A stretch of DNA of 64,000 nucleotides, from the NCBI GenBank assembly GCA_947630695.1, contig CANRIM010000002.1:1271-65270 (forward strand). Direction: 5' to 3'. Below are positions 44,824 through 53,942 of the stretch, one piece after another. The notes under the pieces were generated by a model. The model had not been told where the DNA came from. It saw nothing but the letters and a program-made list of their open reading frames with translations, and did no database searches. Position numbers and translations under genes: made by a program. Every line of letters starts with the position of its first letter. Within the stretch, counting starts at the first letter, position 1. This stretch comes from an uncultured Lachnospiraceae bacterium (lineage in GTDB: Bacteria > Bacillota > Clostridia > Lachnospirales > Lachnospiraceae).

Positions 44824-45636
44824 ATGGTAGTAGATTTCCACACGCATATTTTTCCGGATGCGATCGCGGAACGCGCCATCGCATCGCTGGAAGAAAAATG
44901 TCACACAAGCGCCTTTACGAGAGGCCGGCTGGATGAGCTGAAGCAGTCCATGAAAGAGGCAGGTATTGATTACAGCGTTGTACTCACCGTGATGACCAAA
45001 GCCTCCCAGTTTGAAAATGTCAACCGTGCCGCAGCCGCCATGAACGGCAAAGAAGGGATTATCGCTTTCGGATCGCTGCATCCGGACTGCGACGATATCT
45101 GCGGCAAGCTCGATATGATCTGCGATCTGGGTTTAAAGGGCATCAAGCTCCATCCGGATTATCACAATATATGGATCGATGATCCCATATATGTCAAAAT
45201 CACAGATGAAGCCATCAAACGCGGATTGATTGTACTGTTTCATTCCGGCTGGGATATCGCATATCCCGATGTGCACCATGCTTCCGCAGACCACGTTGCA
45301 AATCTGCTGAATATTCTGGACGTAGACGGAAGGCCGGAAAGCAAAATCGTACTGGCGCATACGGGCGGATGGAACAACTGGGACGACGTGGAGAAGTATC
45401 TGGTGGGCAGAAATGTCTATTTCGACACAAGTCTTTCCCTTCCGCTGATTTCCGTTTCGCAGATGCAGCAGATCCTGGCCGATCACGGCTGTGACCGCAT
45501 CATGTTCGGCACCGATTCTCCCTGGGACAGCCAGGCAGAATCTCTGGCCCGTATCCGGGCGCTGGATCTGGAGGAAGAAGAACTGGAATGCATCCTTTAC
45601 CGGAACGCCTTCCGGCTGCTCAATCTTCCCTGCTAG
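44824..45636 (+). CDS. Amidohydrolase-family (TIM-barrel metal-dependent hydrolase) protein
   Basis: VVDFHTHIFPD metal-binding HxH motif. 270 aa. Confidence 0.65.
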   Translation: MVVDFHTHIFPDAIAERAIASLEEKCHTSAFTRGRLDELKQSMKEAGIDYSVVLTVMTKASQFENVNRAAAAMNGKEGIIAFGSLHPDCDDICGKLDMICDLGLKGIKLHPDYHNIWIDDPIYVKITDEAIKRGLIVLFHSGWDIAYPDVHHASADHVANLLNILDVDGRPESKIVLAHTGGWNNWDDVEKYLVGRNVYFDTSLSLPLISVSQMQQILADHGCDRIMFGTDSPWDSQAESLARIRALDLEEEELECILYRNAFRLLNLPC

Positions 45637-46273
45637 TATCTGCAGCAGTATTGTTTCCTACAGGTGTAATGACGATTTTATCGTTCGTTACGCCTGTTTT
45701 TCTTTTCACAATGTCTGCGATCTGCGCCAGCTGCGTATCATTCAAATCCTCCGCGTAGACCATGACGTCCACGCTGCCCTCGGTAATGGATACCATGACG
45801 TTGGAAAAGCCTTTGGCCTGCAGCAGGGTTTCCGCCGCAATCTCCATTTCGGAATTGCCTGCGATTTCCACCAGCTTATTCACGGCAGTCTGCTTTTCCG
45901 TCTCGCTGACATTTGCATTATTGATAATGGCGTTTAAGGATTCCTCTGTCTGGGACCGCACCTGCTCTCTGGAAATTTTCGCGGAGGCCAGCACAGAAGT
46001 GCTCTCGGTCAGCACCGCTTCACCGGGGGTACCGTTCTCCCCGATGTCCGAGCTTTCGTCCTCTCCCAGCACGTCAATATCATCCTCGCTCCAGACCAGC
46101 GTCTCATCGGTTTCCGACGCAGCAGCCTGCACGTCTGCACTTGTACCGTCTGCGCTCTCTGCGCTTTCCCGTTTACTTTTCAAATCTCCTGAAAATGTCA
46201 GATAGCCTGCCACTGCGATCATAATTGCAAGGGTTGTAACAATCAGCTGATTTTTCTTCATAATTTTTTTCAT
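45620..46273 (-). CDS. spoIIIAH: Stage III sporulation protein AH
   Basis: An N-terminal TM segment, an acidic low-complexity linker and a C-terminal YscJ/FliF-like domain. It is the last gene of the spoIIIA operon. Confidence 0.8.
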   Translation of the reverse strand: MKKIMKKNQLIVTTLAIMIAVAGYLTFSGDLKSKRESAESADGTSADVQAAASETDETLVWSEDDIDVLGEDESSDIGENGTPGEAVLTESTSVLASAKISREQVRSQTEESLNAIINNANVSETEKQTAVNKLVEIAGNSEMEIAAETLLQAKGFSNVMVSITEGSVDVMVYAEDLNDTQLAQIADIVKRKTGVTNDKIVITPVGNNTAADTSRED

Positions 46274-46773
46274 TGCCTCTCCTCTTTCATTTTCACTACT
46301 TTGATTTTATGCACACTGATGGAAAATAATGCTTCACAGGCCTCGGTAATGTCCTGCACCACCAGCGGATCGTCCGCTCCCTCCGCTACGATCAAAACCC
46401 CCTGAATAGCCGGCGTCCTTGCCGTTCCGTAAAGGCTCTCTCCCTCCGGCGCCGCGGTGAGAAATACTTCCGCCTTTCCGACACCCTGCATCCGGCCCAG
46501 GCAGGCGGTCATGCTCTCCTGCATATAGGACAGATACGCGGAAAGCTCTGCTTCCCCGCTTTGTCCTGACCCGAAAGAAAACAATTCCTGCGTGCTCTCT
46601 GCAGCGCTTTCTTTTCCCGCCGTGCCGGAACCGGTTCTGGCAAACAGCATCAGTACAATGCCCGCCGCAATGGCGATGATCATATATTCTTTTTTGATGC
46701 CGGACCACTCAATTTTGCTGTGCTTTTTCATCCTGTACCCATTCCTCATATCTGTTCTGAAACAGTTCTTCAT
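46270..46773 (-). CDS. spoIIIAG: Stage III sporulation protein AG
   Basis: One TM segment, then IQGVLIVAEGADDPLVVQDITEACEALFSISVHKIKVVKMK, which resembles the SpoIIIAG C-terminus. The true start may be the internal MKKHSKIEW at 46731. Confidence 0.75.
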   Translation of the reverse strand: MKNCFRTDMRNGYRMKKHSKIEWSGIKKEYMIIAIAAGIVLMLFARTGSGTAGKESAAESTQELFSFGSGQSGEAELSAYLSYMQESMTACLGRMQGVGKAEVFLTAAPEGESLYGTARTPAIQGVLIVAEGADDPLVVQDITEACEALFSISVHKIKVVKMKEERQ

Positions 46774-47002
46774 AATAGGACGTATCCTCTCTGACGGCGG
46801 GCAGTTCGATGGAAAACAGGCTGTCCATGGACGGCAGCTCCATGGAAAACAGCTTTTCCGTTACCGGAAATACGGTTAAAGCCACCAGAATCAGTCCGCC
46901 AAACAAGCGGATGCCGGTCTTGTAAGACTCCTCCGGCACAAGTTCCGTCACCACAGAGGAAACGATCATAAATATCAGAATACTTTCAATCCATTCTTTC
47001 AT
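46709..47002 (-). CDS. spoIIIAF: Stage III sporulation protein AF
   Basis: Small two-TM protein at the expected operon position. I prefer the start at MKEWIESIL, whose ATG overlaps the spoIIIAE stop (ATGA), over the longer track ORF. Confidence 0.7.
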   Translation of the reverse strand: MKEWIESILIFMIVSSVVTELVPEESYKTGIRLFGGLILVALTVFPVTEKLFSMELPSMDSLFSIELPAVREDTSYYEELFQNRYEEWVQDEKAQQN

Positions 47003-48141
47003 TGCAATCCGCCTCCCGCGCCTGCACTCAACATTACAATGCTGATCAGAAACAGCACAATTGCCGTACATAAAATGCGAAGCAGCAGCCGGATGGCATT
47101 CGCCGCGATTTCAAACAGGCGCTGCACCCTGGTCTGCATCACCGGCTGCAGCAGTGCGTTGACCAGCAGAAACACCCCTGCATATCCGGCAATTTTCAAA
47201 ATGGGAATCAAAGCCGCCGCCGTAATCAGAATCAGTCCCACCACGCCGATGCTGTTTTTCATCACCATGGCTGCGCCGAATACAACTTCCGTTCCCGCCC
47301 CCGCAATATCGCCGATGCCCGGAATCGCCTCGATGGATTTGCGGACAATGGAGGTCTGAAACCGGTCCACATACGGGGTAATCAGCCCCTGAAACACGTG
47401 AAAACCGATGAACAGCGCCAGCAGGCTTTTTAATATCAGCCGGACCCCCTTTTGTATCAGATCGGCCAGTCTGGAAAACCGGTCTGTTTCCGCCGCCTGA
47501 TTGATGAGCCCCAGCATCAGGTAAAGCAGGCTGGCAGGACAAAGGAACTGCAAAATCAGATGCTCCGCCAGATAACTGAGCGCGGAAAAGGCTTCCATGG
47601 AAAGGGCCGCCGTACTGACGCCCCCTGCCAGCGCCAGCGCAATCAGATAGGCCGGCAGGATCGCGTTCATCAGGAAAATGGCCGTCAGAACGGTATCTTT
47701 CACCAGTACGGCCGCTTCCGCAAAGACAGACATCAGAAATGTAATCAGCGTAATAAAAGAGATAAAATACCCGGCTTTCGCGGCGGCGCTGTCCTCAAGA
47801 ATCTGGGGCAGGATGCCAAACAGCGTACAAAGCAGGGCCAGGGCAATCAGCCGGATCAGCAGCTTCTTATAAAATGCCGGATTCACCGGATTTCCGCCCA
47901 GCATTTCCTTCATCAGATCAACCACGGTTTTATCATTGCGGATCAGGTCGGAAATGGCGTCCTGCAGGCGGATGCCGGTATCGCCGAATACTTCGTCCAC
48001 GGCTTCCTGCATATCCTCCATCGGAATCTCCCGGTAAAGTGTTTCACAGGCGTTTTCCGCGCTTTCACTCCCCGAAACCAAAACCGGAACCGCAAGCAGT
48101 CCCAGTAATATGGCCGCAAACACAAGTCTTTTCTTTTTCAT
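46999..48141 (-). CDS. spoIIIAE: Stage III sporulation protein AE
   Basis: 380-aa polytopic membrane protein with a signal-like N-terminus, at the expected operon position. Confidence 0.8.
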   Translation of the reverse strand: MKKKRLVFAAILLGLLAVPVLVSGSESAENACETLYREIPMEDMQEAVDEVFGDTGIRLQDAISDLIRNDKTVVDLMKEMLGGNPVNPAFYKKLLIRLIALALLCTLFGILPQILEDSAAAKAGYFISFITLITFLMSVFAEAAVLVKDTVLTAIFLMNAILPAYLIALALAGGVSTAALSMEAFSALSYLAEHLILQFLCPASLLYLMLGLINQAAETDRFSRLADLIQKGVRLILKSLLALFIGFHVFQGLITPYVDRFQTSIVRKSIEAIPGIGDIAGAGTEVVFGAAMVMKNSIGVVGLILITAAALIPILKIAGYAGVFLLVNALLQPVMQTRVQRLFEIAANAIRLLLRILCTAIVLFLISIVMLSAGAGGGLQ

Positions 48142-48518
48142 AACAGCGCCGACACCGTTTCCATCAGGGTTGAAAGAATCGGGACACTTAAGGAAATCAC
48201 CAGCAGTTTGCCGAAAATCTGCAGCTGGTGCGCAATGGAAGCATTTCCCGCATCCTTGCAGATCCCGGCGGTCAGGTCGCAGACATAGGTGATTCCCAGC
48301 ATTTTAAACAGGGTCATCAGATACTTTCCGCCGCTGCCCATGGCGGAAAGCAGCTGCTTCACCTTTTCTCCCAGACCGGAAAGAAAGACCATGGTATAAA
48401 AAACGATCAGCAGGGAAGCCGCAATGACAATGGCTGTACCCATCACATTTTTCTGTTCTTTAAAATAAACGGCCAGGCAGGTGCCAAGCAGCGCAATCAA
48501 CAGAACTTTCCACAGCAT
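48138..48518 (-). CDS. spoIIIAD: Stage III sporulation protein AD
   Basis: 126-aa membrane protein. The N-terminal ...YFKEQK resembles B. subtilis SpoIIIAD (...IVKEQKP). Confidence 0.8.
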   Translation of the reverse strand: MLWKVLLIALLGTCLAVYFKEQKNVMGTAIVIAASLLIVFYTMVFLSGLGEKVKQLLSAMGSGGKYLMTLFKMLGITYVCDLTAGICKDAGNASIAHQLQIFGKLLVISLSVPILSTLMETVSALL

Positions 48519-48559
48519 TTGTCCATACCCTCCCTTCCTTTTTGCAGTCCGGCCGGCCC

Positions 48560-48754
48560 TTACAGAGAAAACATGGTTTCGATGGTGCGAAACAGCTCTG
48601 AGATGTATGGCAAAAGCCAGAACAGCACCAGGATCAGTCCCGCCAGGCTTGCCAGAAACGCCTGATCCTCCCTTCCGCTGTGCTTTAAGACCTGTCCAAG
48701 TACGGAAACCAGAATCCCTACCGCCGCAATTTTAAAGATGATGTTTACGCCCAC
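48560..48754 (-). CDS. spoIIIAC: Stage III sporulation protein AC
   Basis: 64-aa two-TM protein MGVNIIFKIAAVGILVSVL..., closely resembling SpoIIIAC. Confidence 0.8.
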   Translation of the reverse strand: MGVNIIFKIAAVGILVSVLGQVLKHSGREDQAFLASLAGLILVLFWLLPYISELFRTIETMFSL

Positions 48755-48770
48755 ATTTGCCTCCTGTTAC

Positions 48771-49289
48771 CTACAGCAGGATCAGTGTGAGTAAAACGCC
48801 GCATGCCGCGGCGCATGTTTTGTATATCCTGCTCTTTGATCGCTTTGATTCGCCTGCTTCTTCCTGCCTGTGCCTGATCCGGCTGATACTGCGTTCGATG
48901 GCCTCCAGCTGCATGGATACATCCAGGTGTCCCAGCTGTGTCCCCAGCTCCCGCAAGATTTCCGCATCCTCAGGGATCCCGTTCTCCGAACAGAGAATCT
49001 CTGATACCGCTTCCTCCCAGACATTGCAAAAGGGCTTTCCGGGATCCGTACTGATCGTATGCGCCACTGACCTGTAAAACTGCCCTGCCACGCCTTTCGT
49101 GCGCGCGGCGGTGCTGCGCATGGCCTCCGGCAGCGTTGCGGCGCCGTAACGGATTTCCCCGCCCAACAGACCGAGGCTTTTTTCCATCTCATCCAGCAGC
49201 CGGATCCGCTGATCCAGTGCCGCACTTTTTTTCCACCCCAATAAAAGGCTGGCGCCGCAGATAAGCAAAGCGCCCACGGCCTTCAACAT
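48771..49289 (-). CDS. spoIIIAB: Stage III sporulation protein AB
   Basis: 172 aa with TM segments at both the N- and C-terminus, at the expected operon position. Confidence 0.8.
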   Translation of the reverse strand: MLKAVGALLICGASLLLGWKKSAALDQRIRLLDEMEKSLGLLGGEIRYGAATLPEAMRSTAARTKGVAGQFYRSVAHTISTDPGKPFCNVWEEAVSEILCSENGIPEDAEILRELGTQLGHLDVSMQLEAIERSISRIRHRQEEAGESKRSKSRIYKTCAAACGVLLTLILL

Positions 49290-50245
49290 GTCTTTGCCCC
49301 CCTCTCATACAAAATTTTTCCGGACTTGTCCATGATCTGATGCACCGCCTTATGTACCGCATCCAGAATAATAAACCGCTCAAACACACCTTCTTCCAGC
49401 ATCATTTTCAACAGCGGCTTGCTGTACAGATCATCATAAGCATACCCGTGTACCGTAGAGATCAGTTTACATCCGCAGTACAGCGCGTGCCGCAGCGCAA
49501 TGTGGTCCGCCTCATTGCCGATTTCATCCACTGCAATCACCGCAGGCGCCATACTGCGCAGCAGCATCAGCAGGCCTTCCCGCTTGGGACAGCAATCCAG
49601 AATATCCGTACGGATCCCGATATCATTCTGCGGAATGCCTAAGTAACAGGCGCCGATTTCCGACCGCTCATCAATGACGCTGACGTTGACCCCGCTGTGC
49701 CCGGCGCTGCCGTCGGAAAGCTGGCGGATCAGATCCCGCAGCAGCGTGGTTTTTCCGCTGCAGGGCGCCCCCACGATGAGGGTATTGCAGATACGCTGCC
49801 CCTCATACAGGTAGGGCATCACCAGATCCCCGCAGCCTTTGACCTCATGGGACAGGCGGATATTCACCGATGAAATATAGCGGATGGTCTTGATTTTTTC
49901 ATTGTCCAGCACCATTTTCCCGCAGATGCCGATCCGGTGTCCCCCGGGAATGGTCAGAAATCCCTGCCGGATTTCTTCTTCAAACGCATACAGGGAGTAG
50001 GAACTGAACACCTGCATCATGTCCCGGATCATCTCCTGCGTCGCATAGACCGCATGGGTGCTGTCTGTTACAAGGCTGCCGTCCGGTTCTGCGAAAAATT
50101 CCTTTCCGCCGTACAGAACCGTTACCGGCTTGTCTGTCCGGACCCGGATTTCCTGCAGCATACGCCAGTTGAGATTCCGGTTAGTCAATATCAGCTTCAG
50201 TGGATAAATAAACAGCTCCGAAAGTGTGTCTATTGTCTTTTTCAT
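49283..50245 (-). CDS. spoIIIAA: Stage III sporulation protein AA (ATPase)
   Basis: Walker A VGAPCSGKTTLLRDL. The start is set at MKKTIDTL (50245), which has an AGAGGTGG RBS. The longer track ORF start at 50317 lies inside an upstream terminator hairpin. Confidence 0.8.
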   Translation of the reverse strand: MKKTIDTLSELFIYPLKLILTNRNLNWRMLQEIRVRTDKPVTVLYGGKEFFAEPDGSLVTDSTHAVYATQEMIRDMMQVFSSYSLYAFEEEIRQGFLTIPGGHRIGICGKMVLDNEKIKTIRYISSVNIRLSHEVKGCGDLVMPYLYEGQRICNTLIVGAPCSGKTTLLRDLIRQLSDGSAGHSGVNVSVIDERSEIGACYLGIPQNDIGIRTDILDCCPKREGLLMLLRSMAPAVIAVDEIGNEADHIALRHALYCGCKLISTVHGYAYDDLYSKPLLKMMLEEGVFERFIILDAVHKAVHQIMDKSGKILYERGAKTC

Positions 50246-50293
50246 TGTCTGCCACCTCTTTTTCATCTTATGAACAGCCTGTCTTTGATATGC

Positions 50294-50322
50294 AAAAAAA
50301 GGAGCATGAAATCTCATGCTCC
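50294..50322 (-). terminator. Intrinsic terminator
   Basis: On the minus strand, GGAGCATGA-GATT-TCATGCTCC (9-bp stem) is followed by TTTTTTT. Confidence 0.8.
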
Positions 50323-50520
50323 TTGGTTCTGCAAACTGTTATTACAGCGTCAAAAGTTCGAATCCACGGTATGCTTGCATACCGTTGGATGAGAAACTTT
50401 ATGACGCGCCCCAACATGAGGAAGAAGTGGGGCTTAGAGCCCCATGGATTCCGAATGTTGGGTAGGATTGTGAGAGCTGCGAAGCAGCGTAACAATCCGT
50501 AATCGCTTTTGTCACCCGAA
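50294..50520 (-). ncRNA. Candidate structured RNA of unassigned family: three hairpins closed by a 10-bp helix, plus a terminator
   Basis: Minus-strand helices: P1 GUGACAAAAG (50506-50515) pairs with CUUUUGACGC (50347-50356). H1 is 50465-50498 (GGAUUGU...GCUGC-UUCG-GCAGC...ACAAUCC). H2 is 50410-50462 (CCCAACAU...UGGGGC-UCUAA-GCCCCA...AUGUUGGG). H3 is 50364-50388. The interval has no plausible ORF. Confidence 0.4.
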
Positions 50521-50529
50521 TTATTTCAT

Positions 50530-51306
50530 TTATGCAATACGAAACAACCGCTTCGCATTCCGACAGGTACATTCCAGCACAGTTTCATAACTGCACTGTT
50601 TGATCCGCGCCAGTTCTTCCGCCACATAGCGGATCAGCCCGGATGCATTGCGCTTTCCCCGGAAGGGCGCCGGCGCCAGATACGGACAGTCCGTTTCCAG
50701 CAGAATAGCTTCCAGCGGAACCGCCGCCGCTACTTCTTTGAGTTTCCTGCCGTTTTTAAAGGTCAGCACGCCGCCGATACCGATCAGAAACCCTTTGTTT
50801 ACATAGTCCAGCGCCATTTCCACGCTGCCGGAATAACAGTGGATCACGCCCCGGCAGGGCAGATGGGCTGCCATAATCATATCAAAGGTATCCTGCGCCG
50901 CTTCTCTGCTGTGTATGATCACCGGCAGATGCTGCTCTGCTGCCAGTGCCATTTGCCGCGCAAACCAATACTTCTGCACTTCCTTTGGAGAGGCGTTCCA
51001 GTAATAATCCAGACCGATCTCCCCGACGGCCACGATTTTTTCCCCTCCGCAAAGGCTGCGCATACGCTGAAAATACACTTCATTCAAAAACCTTGTATCA
51101 TCCGGATGGATCCCCACCGCGCCATACACATGTTCGTAAGTTTCACAAAGATACGATACCCAAGTCAGGCTGCGCAGATTCGATCCCACGTTGACGATGT
51201 ACCCCACGTTTTGCTGCAGGCAGTCCCCAAGCAGCTGGTCTCTGTCCGCCGCAAAGGAAGCGTCGTCATAATGCGCGTGGGAATCAAAAATCACTGCGTC
51301 AGTCAT
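50530..51306 (-). CDS. tatD: TatD-family metal-dependent hydrolase/DNase
   Basis: IFDSHAHYDD N-terminal motif. The 258-aa size and the HxH/E/H/H/D pattern fit TatD. Confidence 0.8.
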   Translation of the reverse strand: MTDAVIFDSHAHYDDASFAADRDQLLGDCLQQNVGYIVNVGSNLRSLTWVSYLCETYEHVYGAVGIHPDDTRFLNEVYFQRMRSLCGGEKIVAVGEIGLDYYWNASPKEVQKYWFARQMALAAEQHLPVIIHSREAAQDTFDMIMAAHLPCRGVIHCYSGSVEMALDYVNKGFLIGIGGVLTFKNGRKLKEVAAAVPLEAILLETDCPYLAPAPFRGKRNASGLIRYVAEELARIKQCSYETVLECTCRNAKRLFRIA

Positions 51307-53068
51307 AATTCTTCCCGCTTCCCATGTACAGCGGCTGCTCCGTCATCGGTGCATGCTCCAGCAGCTTTTTATGCTTATACAGCGGATAATAGGTGCCGCC
51401 GGGCGTGATATTGATGACGGTATCCCCGGCCCACTCTACTTCAAAGGTATTGTCCACGGCGGTTTCCGTAGTTTTCCGGAAAATGATGGGGAAGGAAAGT
51501 TCCACCCGCTCGCCAGGTCTGACATTTTCAATCTTCACAAAGCACTTTCTGACCCAGGGAAGTACAATGGCGGAAAACAGCTGATCCTTGCCCCGCAGGG
51601 TCTGTTCTTCCGCGGCAAAACTGCGCTTCACCTCCACCGTCGTATGGGGTACATACTCCGGCACACGAATCAGCAGTTCTTCGATCTCTTCTTTGGCGAT
51701 GACCACTACCTTGCCTTCATGCGGCAGATAACTGTAAACATCGCACCATTTCGTCGCCTTGTTGAAATGCATGTTGACGCTGACCCGGTTCCGTTCTTTG
51801 GTGACGATATTGTTCCAGCCGTTGTAGAGGCCTCTTGCGCCGCTGGCCACACAGCAGGTCTGCACATCCATGATATGCCCTCTGCCCTTATTGCCGCTGT
51901 AAACGAAATCATTGGGAGCAGAATATCCTGCAAACGCGCCCCGCAGCCGGTCTGCCACTTTATAATAAGTGAGCTCATGGGGAATGTCATTTTCCTTGGA
52001 ATCTCCCTGCTGGATCCAGGAAGTATCCAGCAGCTGCGCTTCCGTCAGATGGTTGCGCAGGAACCGTTCCGCCACGCCCCAGTATTCGGTATAACCGTTC
52101 TTTGCCAGCGTGATGGCCGTGCCGATGGCATCCACCAGCGTACAGGTTTCATGCTCATACCCCTGATCATGCAGATCCCCCGGGGTCCATCCGAAGCTGG
52201 TGCACTGGGTCAGTCCCCAGTCATAGCACTTCTTCACCCAGTTTAAGATATCCGCGTCATGGGTAAAGGAAGCAAAGCGGGCGATGGAAGCCAAGGTGCC
52301 CATCCTCGTATGGAAATGGCCGTTGCGGTATCCCAGTCCCGCATTGAAGCTGCCGTCCGGCAAAAACGCCCCGCTGCGGTAAATAATATTTGCCACAAAA
52401 TTTTCCGATAACTCAAAAGCGTCCCGGTTGCCGGTGGCCTCATGCCAGCGCATCAGGGGGTTGACCTGACGGCCCCACATGGCGCAGGGATCCGGACAAA
52501 GTCTGGTATGTACCGCGTCAAAGGAAGGCCAGCCGTGATCCGTATATTCACTGGCAGGATAATACCAGGAATCCCGCTCCTTCCGGGCGATTCGCTTCAG
52601 CGCCGCCACATGCCGGTCCGCGTATGCTTTGATCTTCTCGTCCCCGGTATCGATAAACCAGGTGCCCAGTCCCAGAATAACCGCACGCTGATCGATCATG
52701 GAAGCCCCTTCTTCAAAGCGGGTGCCGTAAAAATCGATCAGATCCTGGGTAAATGTATTTCTGCGGTAGCTCAAATCGTCCTTATGGAAAAAGGTCAGGA
52801 AATTTTCTTTGTAATGCTGCTCAATGTCTCTGCCTTCCTCCGTACCGGTCATTTCCCGTACCAGCGTCATGGCGTCGATGAGCCGGCCGTGGCTGGAACC
52901 GTAATCCCAGTTGCCGTGCTGCATCCATGCCGGTTTCGCCGGGAAAAATCCCATGAAGAACGGAATATATTCGTAATCTTCATCCGCCACGCCGATCATG
53001 GCGTTCAAAGCGATATGGGCGCGGTCCGCCAGATTGAGGGTATCAGGAATCTGTACCTGCTTATTCAT
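51299..53068 (-). CDS. DUF1680/GH127-like protein (putative Cys-Zn glycoside hydrolase); tentative
   Basis: 589 aa. YEHETCTLVD (an E-x-C motif) and a later QTCCVASG (a CC pair) resemble the Glu/Cys/Cys-Cys zinc-catalytic site of GH127 beta-L-arabinofuranosidases as I recall it. Confidence 0.4.
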   Translation of the reverse strand: MNKQVQIPDTLNLADRAHIALNAMIGVADEDYEYIPFFMGFFPAKPAWMQHGNWDYGSSHGRLIDAMTLVREMTGTEEGRDIEQHYKENFLTFFHKDDLSYRRNTFTQDLIDFYGTRFEEGASMIDQRAVILGLGTWFIDTGDEKIKAYADRHVAALKRIARKERDSWYYPASEYTDHGWPSFDAVHTRLCPDPCAMWGRQVNPLMRWHEATGNRDAFELSENFVANIIYRSGAFLPDGSFNAGLGYRNGHFHTRMGTLASIARFASFTHDADILNWVKKCYDWGLTQCTSFGWTPGDLHDQGYEHETCTLVDAIGTAITLAKNGYTEYWGVAERFLRNHLTEAQLLDTSWIQQGDSKENDIPHELTYYKVADRLRGAFAGYSAPNDFVYSGNKGRGHIMDVQTCCVASGARGLYNGWNNIVTKERNRVSVNMHFNKATKWCDVYSYLPHEGKVVVIAKEEIEELLIRVPEYVPHTTVEVKRSFAAEEQTLRGKDQLFSAIVLPWVRKCFVKIENVRPGERVELSFPIIFRKTTETAVDNTFEVEWAGDTVINITPGGTYYPLYKHKKLLEHAPMTEQPLYMGSGKNYD

Positions 53069-53930
53069 ACAAATCTACCTCTTCTACATTGTCGAATTTG
53101 TGTTTCCGGCTGCTGCCCTTTTCAAAAGGCTGTACCGGGGAAAGATTTAAGATTTTCCTTGCTTCCTCGGGGGTTGCCGTCTCCAGACCGAACTGCCGGA
53201 TGATGGAAGCCAGCTGCCGGATCAGTTCCCAGTTGTACTGCGCGCTGGTATGGGCATCCAGCCTGTCGCTGTCCTCAAAGCCCACGCGGACCACAGAGGC
53301 GCCTAAAGCAATAGCCACGCCGATGAACCGCCAGTCCATGCGGCCGAAATGGGTCACGCCCCAGATCTGTCCCTTCGGAACGAAGGAACTGAAAGCGATC
53401 AGCGCGTCAATGGTGGCGGGCATGCCGCCCTTATGTCCGAAGACCAGATTGTACCAGATGGGATGATGGAACATCTGCTCCTCCGAAACCAGCTTGATAT
53501 TGTTGATCATGCCGATATCAAATACTTCGATTTCCGGCAGGATGTCTCTGTCGTAGCATTCCTTCGCGCAGTAGCGAATATCTTCAAAAGAGTTGACATA
53601 AATCGACTCTCCGAAATTCATGGTGCCGCCGTTCAAGGACGCGCTTTCCACTCTCCAGTATTTCAGGGGATTGCAGCGATCCTCAATGCTCATATCCGAT
53701 ACGCCGCCGGTGGAAGCCTGTACCACCACGTCCGTCTTCGCCCGGATCCGTTCAAAGGTATCCACCATCATGGAAGTATCAGGAATCAGCTTTCCGTTTT
53801 CATCTCTGCTGTGCAGATGGCAGATGGCTGCGCCCTCTTCCACGCATTTGACCACGTCCTGGGCCACTTCTTCCGGAATGATCGGCGTCTTCGGCCCAAC
53901 CGGCGCCACTGAAATAATGACCTTTCTCAT
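53061..53930 (-). CDS. BKACE-family (3-keto-5-aminohexanoate cleavage enzyme-like, DUF849) protein
   Basis: VIISVAPVGP...EEGAAICHLHSRDENGK is typical of the BKACE TIM-barrel family. Confidence 0.7.
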   Translation of the reverse strand: MRKVIISVAPVGPKTPIIPEEVAQDVVKCVEEGAAICHLHSRDENGKLIPDTSMMVDTFERIRAKTDVVVQASTGGVSDMSIEDRCNPLKYWRVESASLNGGTMNFGESIYVNSFEDIRYCAKECYDRDILPEIEVFDIGMINNIKLVSEEQMFHHPIWYNLVFGHKGGMPATIDALIAFSSFVPKGQIWGVTHFGRMDWRFIGVAIALGASVVRVGFEDSDRLDAHTSAQYNWELIRQLASIIRQFGLETATPEEARKILNLSPVQPFEKGSSRKHKFDNVEEVDLYE

Positions 53931-53942
53931 AATTTCCTCCCA

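Noticed and set aside
46709-50317. N-terminal extensions in the track ORFs for spoIIIAF (from 47071) and spoIIIAA (from 50317)
   Set aside because: The spoIIIAF extension overlaps spoIIIAE by 73 nt with non-membrane, Cys/Arg-rich sequence. The spoIIIAA extension starts inside a terminator hairpin. Internal ATGs with a good RBS or stop-start coupling were preferred.
50356-50365. GTTCGAATCC, a tRNA T-loop-like decamer on the plus strand
   Set aside because: The flanking bases (CAAAA/ACGGT) cannot form a T-stem, and no acceptor or anticodon arms are present. The decamer is better explained as part of helices of the minus-strand structured RNA candidate.
50509-51408. 299-aa plus-strand ORF opposite tatD, and similar long antisense ORFs at 21536-22228, 40092-40895, 47452-48108, 51353-52246, 52442-53203, 54750-55484, 56429-57520, 61908-62942 and 62943-63599
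   Set aside because: Each is embedded antisense in a gene with clear family motifs (TatD, DegT, RF3, SpoIIIAE, GH127-like, transaldolase, AspRS, Rel). The sequences are Arg/His/Pro-rich with no motifs, so these are shadow ORFs.
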